Source: Thermodesulfobacteriota bacterium (GTDB taxonomy: Bacteria > Desulfobacterota > Desulfarculia > JACQYL01). Taken from it: a DNA stretch of 64,000 bases. The first letter of the stretch is position 1, and each line of letters opens with the position of its first letter. A model generated the notes under the pieces. It ran no database searches and had not been told where the DNA came from. It saw nothing but the letters and a program-made list of their open reading frames with translations. Positions 1-7,487 of the stretch are shown piece by piece. The stretch spans positions 1,344,001 through 1,408,000 of the forward strand of contig CAXXLZ010000001.1 of NCBI GenBank assembly GCA_963675595.2. The letters run 5' to 3'. Made by a program: the position numbers and the translations under genes.

Positions 1-40
1 CATTGCGGTGCTTCGGCGCGGCAAACGAAAGGAAGAAAAA

Positions 41-184
41 ATGACTTACTCGACATTGAAGGAAGCCGGGATTTCGACCCTTCGGGCCTTGGAAAAGAAG
101 CGGATTACCATCGACGCGCGGCTTTGGTGGTTCATGTTGGGCGGTAGCGTGGTGGGCTTGTTGATGTTGTGGGTAGGGAAATGA
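41..184 (+). CDS. Small phage protein with a C-terminal transmembrane segment (47 aa)
   Basis: Read by hand: MTYSTLKEAG...LWWFMLGGSVVGLLMLWVGK*. Upstream AAGGA; stop overlaps the MTase ATG (ATGA at 181-184). Confidence 0.6.
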   Translation: MTYSTLKEAGISTLRALEKKRITIDARLWWFMLGGSVVGLLMLWVGK

Positions 185-1317
185 TCCGAACCGCCCACTT
201 GTTCGCCGGTGCCGGGGGTGGAATTTACGCCGATTTAATCCTCGGGCACAAGCCCGTGCTGGCCGTCGAAAATAATCCGGAATGCTGCAAGATGCTTGAG
301 GAGCGAAAACGTGAAGGATGGTGGCCCGAGCTCGACATTCAATGCTGCGACATCCGAGAATTTGACTTCAGCCCCTGGGCCGGACGAGTGGATCAAATCG
401 CAGCGGGCTTCCCTTGCCAGGATATTTCGTATGCTGGAAGCGGTGATGGAATACGAGGATCACGAAGCGGCCTCGTCTGGGAGGTCTTCCGCGCAATCGA
501 CGCTATTCGACCTCGATGGGTTTTCCTCGAAAACAGCCCCGCAATACGGACCAAGGGACGGCGGGAAATCATTGCCGCCTTGGTGGAGAAAGGATATTCC
601 TGGCGAGACGGAACGCTTGCCGCGGCTCATGTCGGAGCGGGCCATCTCCGCAATCGCTGGTGGCTGCTTGCTGCCGACGCTCTGCGCCAGAGATCACAAA
701 AACAGCGGCGGCATGGTTTTAACGCCAAGAGGGCAGACGCGCCTGCCCACCGCATTAAAACATATGCTGCCCACGATCACGGCAAGCATGGAAACATGGG
801 CGGACTTTGTTCAGGCGCAATACCACAGCTCGAAGAGGCCGGATTATCAGATAGCGAAGCTACTCCCGACGCTGTTAGCATCAAGCGGGGGAAGAACTCT
901 TCCGCTAGGCACAACGATAACCGGTATGGCCCCGGATGGCAAAAAGCGGACGGTGGGATTGGACCAAGCCATCAAGATGTTGCCGACGCTGACCGCATCG
1001 GACGCCACGGGAGGATCCGGGACTTCGCCGAACCGGAAAGGCGGCCCGAATCTGCGGACGATGCTGCCGACTCTTTGCGCGACCGACTACAAATTGCCAT
1101 TCAACGAGGAGGGCTATCAGAGAGCGAGTCAAGAACGGTCGAGGCCGTTGCGCGATACACTGCCACATACTACTGGTCACCGCCTGACGCCGGGGTTCTG
1201 CGAGTGGTGGATGGGGTTCCCGCTCGGAGGCACCGCATACAGGCGTTAGGCAACGCCCAGGTGCCTCTACAAGCGGCCATGGCGTGGATATTGTTGATGA
1301 GGGGAGGAATCCATTGA
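181..1317 (+). CDS. DNA (cytosine-5) methyltransferase, catalytic 'alpha' polypeptide (motifs I-VIII and X; motif IX absent from this frame)
   Basis: Motif I HLFAGAGG, motif IV GFPCQDIS, motif VI LENSP, motif VIII HLRNRWW, motif X QALGNAQVP. Start placed at ATG 181 by coupling to the upstream stop. Confidence 0.92.
   Translation: MIRTAHLFAGAGGGIYADLILGHKPVLAVENNPECCKMLEERKREGWWPELDIQCCDIREFDFSPWAGRVDQIAAGFPCQDISYAGSGDGIRGSRSGLVWEVFRAIDAIRPRWVFLENSPAIRTKGRREIIAALVEKGYSWRDGTLAAAHVGAGHLRNRWWLLAADALRQRSQKQRRHGFNAKRADAPAHRIKTYAAHDHGKHGNMGGLCSGAIPQLEEAGLSDSEATPDAVSIKRGKNSSARHNDNRYGPGWQKADGGIGPSHQDVADADRIGRHGRIRDFAEPERRPESADDAADSLRDRLQIAIQRGGLSESESRTVEAVARYTATYYWSPPDAGVLRVVDGVPARRHRIQALGNAQVPLQAAMAWILLMRGGIH
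296..1249 (+). CDS. Nested alternative-frame 'beta' polypeptide of the C5-MTase (TRD-like repeats plus motif IX); true start uncertain
   Basis: 317-codon open +1 frame wholly inside the MTase gene. Ends in RLTPGFCEWWMGFP (motif IX-like) and has five (M/L)LPT(L/I)xA repeats. Same layout as the M.EcoHK31I alpha/beta pair. Confidence 0.8.
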   Translation: MRSENVKDGGPSSTFNAATSENLTSAPGPDEWIKSQRASLARIFRMLEAVMEYEDHEAASSGRSSAQSTLFDLDGFSSKTAPQYGPRDGGKSLPPWWRKDIPGETERLPRLMSERAISAIAGGCLLPTLCARDHKNSGGMVLTPRGQTRLPTALKHMLPTITASMETWADFVQAQYHSSKRPDYQIAKLLPTLLASSGGRTLPLGTTITGMAPDGKKRTVGLDQAIKMLPTLTASDATGGSGTSPNRKGGPNLRTMLPTLCATDYKLPFNEEGYQRASQERSRPLRDTLPHTTGHRLTPGFCEWWMGFPLGGTAYRR

Positions 1318-1358
1318 TTACCAGAACCGACGGAAGATTAAACAATAAAGGAGGCACC

Positions 1359-1706
1359 ATGAAAATGAACAGGCGCGAGTTTTTGGAGCTACTGGAAGAA
1401 ATCCACTTGGAACTGGTCAACCTGAACACCACAAAAGGCCACGACTACAGCGGCGATGAAAATGTTTTCTCGAACTTCATCCGCGCTGGAGAGCGTCGGG
1501 GCTTGGCCCCGGAAACCGTTCTCGGCGTCTATATGGACAAACATGAGGACGCCATCAACACCTACATCCGAGACGGCCAGGTGAAGTCCGAACCCATCGA
1601 GGGCAGAATCCTGGATTCCATCCTGTATCGGTGTTTGTTGTTGGGTATGGTTCGGGCCCTGCACAATTCGGCCGGCGTTGGCTTATCGGAAAAACCCATG
1701 CCATAG
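1359..1706 (+). CDS. Phage protein resembling nucleotide modification-associated domain 1 (DUF1599/MazG-like alpha-helical fold)
   Basis: Pattern KGHDYS...FSNF...DKH...EPIEGRILDSILY; GGAGG RBS before ATG 1359. Family assigned by recalled motif, not by search. Confidence 0.6.
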   Translation: MKMNRREFLELLEEIHLELVNLNTTKGHDYSGDENVFSNFIRAGERRGLAPETVLGVYMDKHEDAINTYIRDGQVKSEPIEGRILDSILYRCLLLGMVRALHNSAGVGLSEKPMP

Positions 1707-1838
1707 GGGTTGGAATCGGTCTTCCTGTTTGGTGGATGCCTCGCTATGAAAGAAAGAAAATGCCACACTCCACAATATGGATGTGTGGATGGTTGCTTGT
1801 AATGATCATGTTCGGGAAACAAAGGAAGGATACATCCG

Positions 1839-2024
1839 ATGCATCCTCAACTTGAAAAGTGGCATTACCGCAAGGCTGAGGCAGGCGGTCCTTCGTGCGC
1901 GACATGCATGAACCGGTGGACGAATAATGGGGGAGAGGTCTGGAGATGTCTACTGATTGATGTTCCGCCGGATCGAGTATCGAACGGTAAAGTTTGCGAT
2001 CAACATAAGCCATGGAGGTTATAA
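1839..2024 (+). CDS. Small Cys-rich phage protein, possibly Zn-binding
   Basis: CATC...C...VCDQH pattern; AAGGA RBS. Confidence 0.6.
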   Translation: MHPQLEKWHYRKAEAGGPSCATCMNRWTNNGGEVWRCLLIDVPPDRVSNGKVCDQHKPWRL

Positions 2025-2026
2025 AA

Positions 2027-2206
2027 ATGAAAGATTCCACCGTATTGGTCTACCTTATCATCGTGCCGTTCTTCGCCGGTATGATTGGAGCGTATGTCTT
2101 CGACATCATAGATAAACTGCTGCTTAAACGGCACGGCGAGAACATGCACGTAGACGCACATTTTTACATGAAAAAGCCGGAACCGCCGAAAGAGGATAAA
2201 CCATGA
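2027..2206 (+). CDS. Small phage membrane protein
   Basis: GGAGG RBS; hydrophobic stretch VLVYLIIVPFFAGMIGAYVF. Confidence 0.65.
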   Translation: MKDSTVLVYLIIVPFFAGMIGAYVFDIIDKLLLKRHGENMHVDAHFYMKKPEPPKEDKP

Positions 2207-2386
2207 GCAACCCCAAAAAGTACGCGCGGAAGAAGGTCGAATAGTTCGAGGCGTTCGAATTCGTCGGGTCAACGAAAGAGGATGCCGTCGCTTTCTGCTA
2301 AGGCATTCCTGGGCGCCACGGAATACATACAGTTCGACTCAGGATTTGGCAGCTTTAATGGAATAACGGGAGCAACAACGAAATGA
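2203..2386 (+). pseudogene. Decayed phage gene
   Basis: RBS and ATG coupled to the previous stop; MSNPKKYARKKVE*FEAFEFVG...FC* with in-frame TAG (2242) and TAA (2299). A shifted frame continues to the xis ATGA overlap. Confidence 0.45.
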
Positions 2387-2766
2387 CGGCCCAAACAAAC
2401 GACGAAACTCTCGACTCCCTGGGTAAAAATCTGACCGCCGAACAGGTTGCGGCGCATTTCGGCTTGAAACCGAGATTTGTTCGTGAGCATTATGAGGCAT
2501 TCGGCGGTACGAGGATCTCGAAGCGTGTGCTCATTTTCCCCGAAAAGGAGGTTTATCGTGCCCTATCAATACACCACACCCAAGGGAGAGAAGAAATGGA
2601 AGGGACAGGTCGTCAAGGACGGTCGCCGCGTCGTTCAGACTTTCAAGACGAAGGCGAAGGCCGTGGAATGGGAGGTGCTGACGAAGAAGCTGATGGACGA
2701 CGGAGAAGAGCCGTTTACCGAAAACCGAGAGCGACAAAGGATCCGCACGGGATATTCTCTCGGTGA
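2383..2766 (+). CDS. Excisionase-like helix-turn-helix protein
   Basis: LTAEQVAAHFGLKPRFVRE wHTH-like motif directly upstream of, and overlapping, the integrase; similar to 59436-59759. Confidence 0.75.
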   Translation: MTAQTNDETLDSLGKNLTAEQVAAHFGLKPRFVREHYEAFGGTRISKRVLIFPEKEVYRALSIHHTQGREEMEGTGRQGRSPRRSDFQDEGEGRGMGGADEEADGRRRRAVYRKPRATKDPHGIFSR

Positions 2767-3676
2767 ATGGGCAACGGACTATCTGGACTACTTCCGAGAA
2801 CACGGCCGTGAAGCTACATACAAGGAGAAGCAGGCGGTGTTTCGGCACTTCTTCAAAACGTTCGACAAGGACATGCCTGTTCGGTCGCTGACCAAGAAAG
2901 ACGTGCTTCGCTACATGACGGTGCAACACAAAATCAGGACCGGTAACGCGGTGAACAAGGACGTGAGGAAGAACCTGAAGGCGGCTTTCAATTGGGCGAT
3001 TCGGTATGGAGTAATCGACCCTATGCCAAACCCGTTCGAAGTGGATCGCCTCCCCGAAGAGCGTCACGACCGGTATGTTCCCCCGGAGGCCGACTTCTGG
3101 AAGGTCTACCAGGTGGTTACCGGCCCGGCAGACCGGCTCTTACTGTTGGCCTACATCTACACCGGCGCCCGAAGGACGGAGCTCTTCACCCTTCGGTGGG
3201 TTGATGTGGATTTCGCCGGGAGCCGAATCAGGCTGTGGACCAACAAGCGAAAGGGTGCCCGAGAGTACGACTGGATTGAGATGCGCGAAACCCTGTTTAA
3301 CTCGCTGCTTGCGCACAAACAGGAAAGTCGTTCCGAATGGGTGTTTCCGAATCCGAAGACCGGGCTTCCATACACCGATCGTAAAAAGTGGTTGGCGGAA
3401 AGGTGCGCGGAAGCCAAGGTCCGCCCCTTCGGCTTCCACGCGATCAGGCATCTTACGGCGTCCATTCTGGCGTCGAATGGGGTGCCCGTGATCGCCATTC
3501 AAGAGATTCTTCGGCACCGGAATTCTCGGACGACCGAACGATACCTTCACAACCGGTTCGACATGCGATCCGCGTTGAAAGTCCTTGAGGGCGGAAAACC
3601 CCAGGAAGAACCCTCGAAAAACCCTCCAACCCAAACCGTAGGTACATACCCTCTAAGGGTATTGTCAAAAACTTGA
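2558..3676 (+). CDS. Tyrosine recombinase/phage integrase
   Basis: Catalytic motifs TGARRTE, FHAIRH, ILRH, TERY. AAGGAGG RBS before GTG 2558. Confidence 0.95.
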   Translation: MPYQYTTPKGEKKWKGQVVKDGRRVVQTFKTKAKAVEWEVLTKKLMDDGEEPFTENRERQRIRTGYSLGEWATDYLDYFREHGREATYKEKQAVFRHFFKTFDKDMPVRSLTKKDVLRYMTVQHKIRTGNAVNKDVRKNLKAAFNWAIRYGVIDPMPNPFEVDRLPEERHDRYVPPEADFWKVYQVVTGPADRLLLLAYIYTGARRTELFTLRWVDVDFAGSRIRLWTNKRKGAREYDWIEMRETLFNSLLAHKQESRSEWVFPNPKTGLPYTDRKKWLAERCAEAKVRPFGFHAIRHLTASILASNGVPVIAIQEILRHRNSRTTERYLHNRFDMRSALKVLEGGKPQEEPSKNPPTQTVGTYPLRVLSKT

Positions 3677-3693
3677 ACAATTTCAGTCTGTTA

Positions 3694-3771
3694 TGGCGGG
3701 AGCGACGAGACTCGAACTCGCGACTTCCGGCGTGACAGGCCGGCGTTCTGACCAAACTGAACTACGCCCCC
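3694..3771 (-). tRNA. tRNA-Asp (GTC)
   Basis: Cloverleaf: acceptor GGGGGCG/CGCTCCC, anticodon loop CTGTCAC, GTTCGAG T-loop, encoded CCA. Confidence 0.97.
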
Positions 3772-3879
3772 GCAATCTTCAAGAAGCACCTTTCTATCCG
3801 CGTTGAAGAAATTTGTCAACAGAATTTGTTGGAAAAAAAAGAGCGCCCTCCCCCGGCATTAGGCGGGGCTTCTCCCCGG

Positions 3880-5148
3880 TCAGTCCCCGAGTAGCCCCAT
3901 GAGCGCGGAAACGAACCAACGCTTGGCAAGCACCCCGCCGGCGGCCCATTCATCCGCGCCCACGTCCATGGCGGCCCCACGAGGTCGGGATTCCCCGTCG
4001 AAATCATCCGTCAGCCCGGAGATGGAAATCCCCTGATCCACGACCGATTCCACCGCGGTTTGAAGATGCAGGTCTCCCTCCGCGGGGTTCACGAACCAGG
4101 CGCCTTCCGCTTCAGTGACGTTGTTGTGGAGTTCGGCGGAGGCTTCGTTCCGCTCGCGAATCAACCGATTGGTCAGATTGTTGGCGATGAAAACCCCCGT
4201 GGTGGCCGTAAAACGATACTCCACGGCATTGGCATAATCGTGTTCCATGAAGATGGTATTGTTGTAGACCTGGGTTTCCGGTGAGGATTCCAGTCCGATC
4301 CCCACGTCGCCGAATCCGTCGGAGTCGTCATGATAGATCATGTTGTTCCGGATGACGCCTCTTAGATGCCCACGGTCCCCCAGTCCGAAACCAATGCCTC
4401 GATCACAGTTCACGATCAAGTTGCGTTCCACCAGCGTGTCTTGGGAGTCGGACCAGAAATGAACCGCGTGCTCCGCCACGGCGCCGCCGGGGCTTCGAAT
4501 TCGACGAAACACGTTGTCTCGGATGATCCAGCCTTTCGCCTGATGGGCGTCCACGCCGCCGATATACCATTGGGGCCCGTAATCGTTCGTATACTCAAAG
4601 AGACATCCCTCCACCAGCCCATTGTCGGAGCCCACCGAGGGGTTGTCCGCATCGTAGGATACCTTGAGCATTTGCTCGAAAGTGTCCTGAATACGCACGT
4701 TCCGGATCACCGGACCATCGGCGTCAAGTTCCCCGTGGACCTGTATTCCGTGGTTGGCGACCCTACGAACGGTGACGTTCTCCAGAGTGAATCCCGATGC
4801 GGCGACTTCAAAACCATGCGGTACCGAACCGTACATGCCTCCCCCCTCAATGATCACCGCATCGCGGTTTCCGGATGAACCCCGCACCGTGATCCCGTCC
4901 GCGCCGATCCACAGGGCCTGACTCAATGTATAGACGCCGTCCGCCACTTCGATGTCGTTATCTCCCCCGGCATTGGCGAGCGCCACGGCCCGGACCAATT
5001 CGGCGGTAGTGGTCACCGAAACCGCGCGGGCTTGGGAAGCACCACAAATCATCAGTAGGCCGACCATCCACCATAATACCGAAGGCCGACATGCCCCTCG
5101 AGGGCACCTGAAGACACGGAAGGCTTCACGTGTATTACAATTGGCCAT
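3880..5148 (-). CDS. Secreted right-handed parallel beta-helix (pectin lyase-like) repeat protein; start may be slightly downstream
   Basis: Signal-peptide-like segment; repeated IxNNxI turns; C-terminal DFDGESRP...DVGADE motif. Confidence 0.8.
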   Translation of the reverse strand: MANCNTREAFRVFRCPRGACRPSVLWWMVGLLMICGASQARAVSVTTTAELVRAVALANAGGDNDIEVADGVYTLSQALWIGADGITVRGSSGNRDAVIIEGGGMYGSVPHGFEVAASGFTLENVTVRRVANHGIQVHGELDADGPVIRNVRIQDTFEQMLKVSYDADNPSVGSDNGLVEGCLFEYTNDYGPQWYIGGVDAHQAKGWIIRDNVFRRIRSPGGAVAEHAVHFWSDSQDTLVERNLIVNCDRGIGFGLGDRGHLRGVIRNNMIYHDDSDGFGDVGIGLESSPETQVYNNTIFMEHDYANAVEYRFTATTGVFIANNLTNRLIRERNEASAELHNNVTEAEGAWFVNPAEGDLHLQTAVESVVDQGISISGLTDDFDGESRPRGAAMDVGADEWAAGGVLAKRWFVSALMGLLGD

Positions 5149-5192
5149 ATGACCAGCCTAACCCATGGATTTAATGTTTCAAATCAATGTAA

Positions 5193-5756
5193 TCAGCCTA
5201 CCTCCCCATAGCGGAAACAGTCAAGCACGTGATCATTGACAAGGCCCGCCGCCTGCATAAACGCGTAACAGATGGTCGGGCCCACGAATCGGAATCCCCG
5301 ACTCTTCAAATCTTTGCTCATGGCCTCCGATTCGGGTGTGGAGGCCGGGATTTCCTCTTCGGTGCGCCACGCGTTTCGAATCGTTTCACCTCCCACAAAC
5401 CTCCACAGATACGCATCAAAAGACCCGAACTCTTCCCGCACCGATAGATACGCTCTCGCGTTCCGGACAGCGCTTTCGATCTTGAGTCGATTGCGCACGA
5501 TGCCGGAATTCGATAGTAATTCAAGTATCTTGGCATCATCGTACGAAGCAATGCGCTCGGCATCAAATTCGTCGAAGGCGCGCCGGTAATTCTCACGCTT
5601 TTTCAGAATGGTAATCCAACTCAGCCCGGCCTGCGCACCGTCCAACACCAGGGATTCGAACAATTTTCGGTCGTCGTGGAGAGGAACCCCCCATTCGGTG
5701 TCGTGATAGGACACATACAAAGGGTCCGTCCCCGCCCAGGCACATCTCTTTTTCAT
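5193..5756 (-). CDS. tag: DNA-3-methyladenine glycosylase I
   Basis: RCAWA...YHDTEWGVP, QAGLSWITIL, GLVNDH...C. Confidence 0.95.
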   Translation of the reverse strand: MKKRCAWAGTDPLYVSYHDTEWGVPLHDDRKLFESLVLDGAQAGLSWITILKKRENYRRAFDEFDAERIASYDDAKILELLSNSGIVRNRLKIESAVRNARAYLSVREEFGSFDAYLWRFVGGETIRNAWRTEEEIPASTPESEAMSKDLKSRGFRFVGPTICYAFMQAAGLVNDHVLDCFRYGEVG

Positions 5757-5987
5757 TGATTCCTCGCTTCCTCCATATCAACAACCATCGATCCGAAATC
5801 AGATTTCTTATGCAATCCCCCATCACTCAAGAGGAATTTTATCATGCATCGAATCACAAAGGAATCGTGCCGCACTTCCACACTCAACAAACCCGGCATC
5901 ACGGCGATCTCCGGTTGATTCGTCGTCATTCATTTCAAACGAAAACCGGTAATGATCTCCATCCGGAAATGGGGGCGCTGAAACGAT

Positions 5988-6019
5988 GAAAGCCCTGGAC
6001 AATAGTCCGGGGCTTTTCT
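5988..6019. terminator. Intrinsic terminator-like hairpin
   Basis: AAAGCCCTGGAC-AATA-GTCCGGGGCTTTT stem with flanking A/T tracts. Confidence 0.6.
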
Positions 6020-6076
6020 ATTGAATGCGGATAACGCGGAATTTTTCGAGGCTTGGCGACACCGGCGAGCCATCAA

Positions 6077-6190
6077 CAGGCTGATGAAAGACGCGATCTG
6101 CGGAACTGCGCTTCATTCCCGGGATTCGCGCGCCTTCCGTGTCATCGTTTTTCACCGGCCTGCGGCAACCGGGCTTTTTCAAGCGGCTGC
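6077..6190. repeat. MITE-like interspersed repeat, copy 1
   Basis: Imperfect terminal inverted repeats CAGGCTGATGAAAGACG / CGTTTTTCACCGGCCTG; related to 26587-26735. Confidence 0.55.
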
Positions 6191-6219
6191 CCAAGGGAGC
6201 CGGCCCGTGCCGCATTTTG

Positions 6220-6280
6220 AAATCATTGGTGCCTGGGGCGGGGATCGACTCAAATCATTGGTGCCTGGGGCGGGGATCGA
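6220..6280. repeat. 29-bp tandem direct repeat of the tRNA-Leu 3' end (att-like)
   Basis: AAATCATTGGTGCCTGGGGCGGGGATCGA at 6220-6248 and 6252-6280. Confidence 0.9.
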
Positions 6281-6346
6281 ACCCGCACGGGACGAGGTCC
6301 CAAGGGATTTTAAGTCCCTTGCGTCTACCGGTTCCGCCACCCAGGC
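6259..6346 (-). tRNA. tRNA-Leu (TAA)
   Basis: GCCTGGG...CCCAGGC-A-CCA, anticodon loop CTTAAAA, long variable arm. Confidence 0.96.
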
Positions 6347-6476
6347 CCTCGCCCTCCCTATAGGGACTTTGCGGGAATTCTGTCAAGGGATTTCACTCAT
6401 TCCCGAGGACGTCCCGCACACCACGGACCTCCTCTTTGGAACGGCGTAACGGGAGTCCGGGCTTTCTGAAGGAGCT

Positions 6477-6950
6477 ATGATGAAACTGAGACTACTCTGG
6501 GTGGGTAAGACCCGAGAACCCTATCTGGCGGAGGGAATTCGACTGTTTCGACAACGAATTCAGCGCTATATGGCGGTTGAAACCGTGGCTGTTCGGGGAG
6601 AAAAGATTCGACAAACCGCCAACGAGACAATTCTAAGGGACAAAGAATGTGAGCGTCTGCTCCAAGCGGTCGTTCAGGACGACCGGGTCCTCGCTTTGGA
6701 CCCTTCCGGAAAGATGCCGGACTCGGAAGCTTTCAGCCGATTGTTGGGGGATTACAGGGATCGAGGCGTCCGCTCCATGGCGTTTGTTCTGGGGAGTCCT
6801 TTAGGACTCAACGAGGAAATCCTTCAGCGGGCGGACTTTCGTTTCAGTCTGTCTCCGCTGACGTTCACCCATGAAATGGCCCGTCTCATTTTGATGGAGC
6901 AAATCTATCGGGCGCTGACCATCCTGGCCGGTGAGAAGTACCACAAATGA
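6477..6950 (+). CDS. rlmH: 23S rRNA (pseudouridine1915-N3)-methyltransferase
   Basis: LWVGK N-terminus; SLSPLTFTHEMARLILMEQIYRA...YHK. Confidence 0.95.
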   Translation: MMKLRLLWVGKTREPYLAEGIRLFRQRIQRYMAVETVAVRGEKIRQTANETILRDKECERLLQAVVQDDRVLALDPSGKMPDSEAFSRLLGDYRDRGVRSMAFVLGSPLGLNEEILQRADFRFSLSPLTFTHEMARLILMEQIYRALTILAGEKYHK

Positions 6951-7071
6951 AGCATTTACAGTGCCGGCAGTCCGTCCGTCGATTCAGCCGGCCGGAGGGA
7001 TATCTCGGAAGGTTCCGACGTCCGCCGCCCCGAACCGAGTTCGAGGCGAACGTACCCATCGGAAAGACGCG

Positions 7072-7293
7072 TTACACGGCTTCCACTCTTTCGACGGAAG
7101 GGATTTCCTGCTTCAATATCCTTTCGATGCCCATTTTCAGCGTCATTTGGGACATGGGGCATCCTCCGCAGGCCCCGGTAAGTTTTACCTTGACCACGTT
7201 TCCTTCCACGTCCACCAACTCCACATTCCCCCCGTCGGCCTGCAGAGCCGGACGGATTTTGTTTAAGGCGGTTTCCACCTGTTCCTTGTTCAT
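7072..7293 (-). CDS. NifU C-terminal domain (NfuA-like) Fe-S scaffold protein
   Basis: IRPALQADGGNVELV...GACGGCPMSQMTLK. Confidence 0.93.
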   Translation of the reverse strand: MNKEQVETALNKIRPALQADGGNVELVDVEGNVVKVKLTGACGGCPMSQMTLKMGIERILKQEIPSVERVEAV

Positions 7294-7487
7294 TCATCTT
7301 CCTCCCGCCGCCTTAAGACGCGCTCTCACTCGTCAGAAACACCGAGTACGGACGCACGATGCGGCGACTGTTTGTTGAAAAGTATTGCTCACCCCCGGCA
7401 GGCGCCCTCTGACGCTTGCTTATTTCTCCTCATAATAATACCATTTCGGCTTCGACGCAATTCCAATGACTTTTCCGGGAAAAGACA

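Larger units (their letters stand above)
1..3693. mobile_element. Right end of a prophage/integrative element inserted at the 3' end of tRNA-Asp; left end outside the window
   Basis: Tightly packed co-directional small phage-type ORFs with ATGA overlaps, an orphan MTase, an excisionase-like ORF, and a tyrosine integrase ending 17 bp from the tRNA-Asp CCA end. Confidence 0.85.

Noticed and set aside
2242-2244. Amber read-through (pyrrolysine or recoding) in the phage ORF at 2203
   Set aside because: A TAA and a frameshift follow, and other prophage genes use TAG as a normal stop.
2530-2560. Programmed frameshift fusing Xis to Int
   Set aside because: No canonical slippery heptamer shared by both elements, and each integrase has its own strong SD and start.
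6956-7297. 113-aa alternative-frame ORF over the NifU-like gene
   Set aside because: Low-complexity G/R-rich translation; the 73-aa frame carries the conserved CxxC domain.
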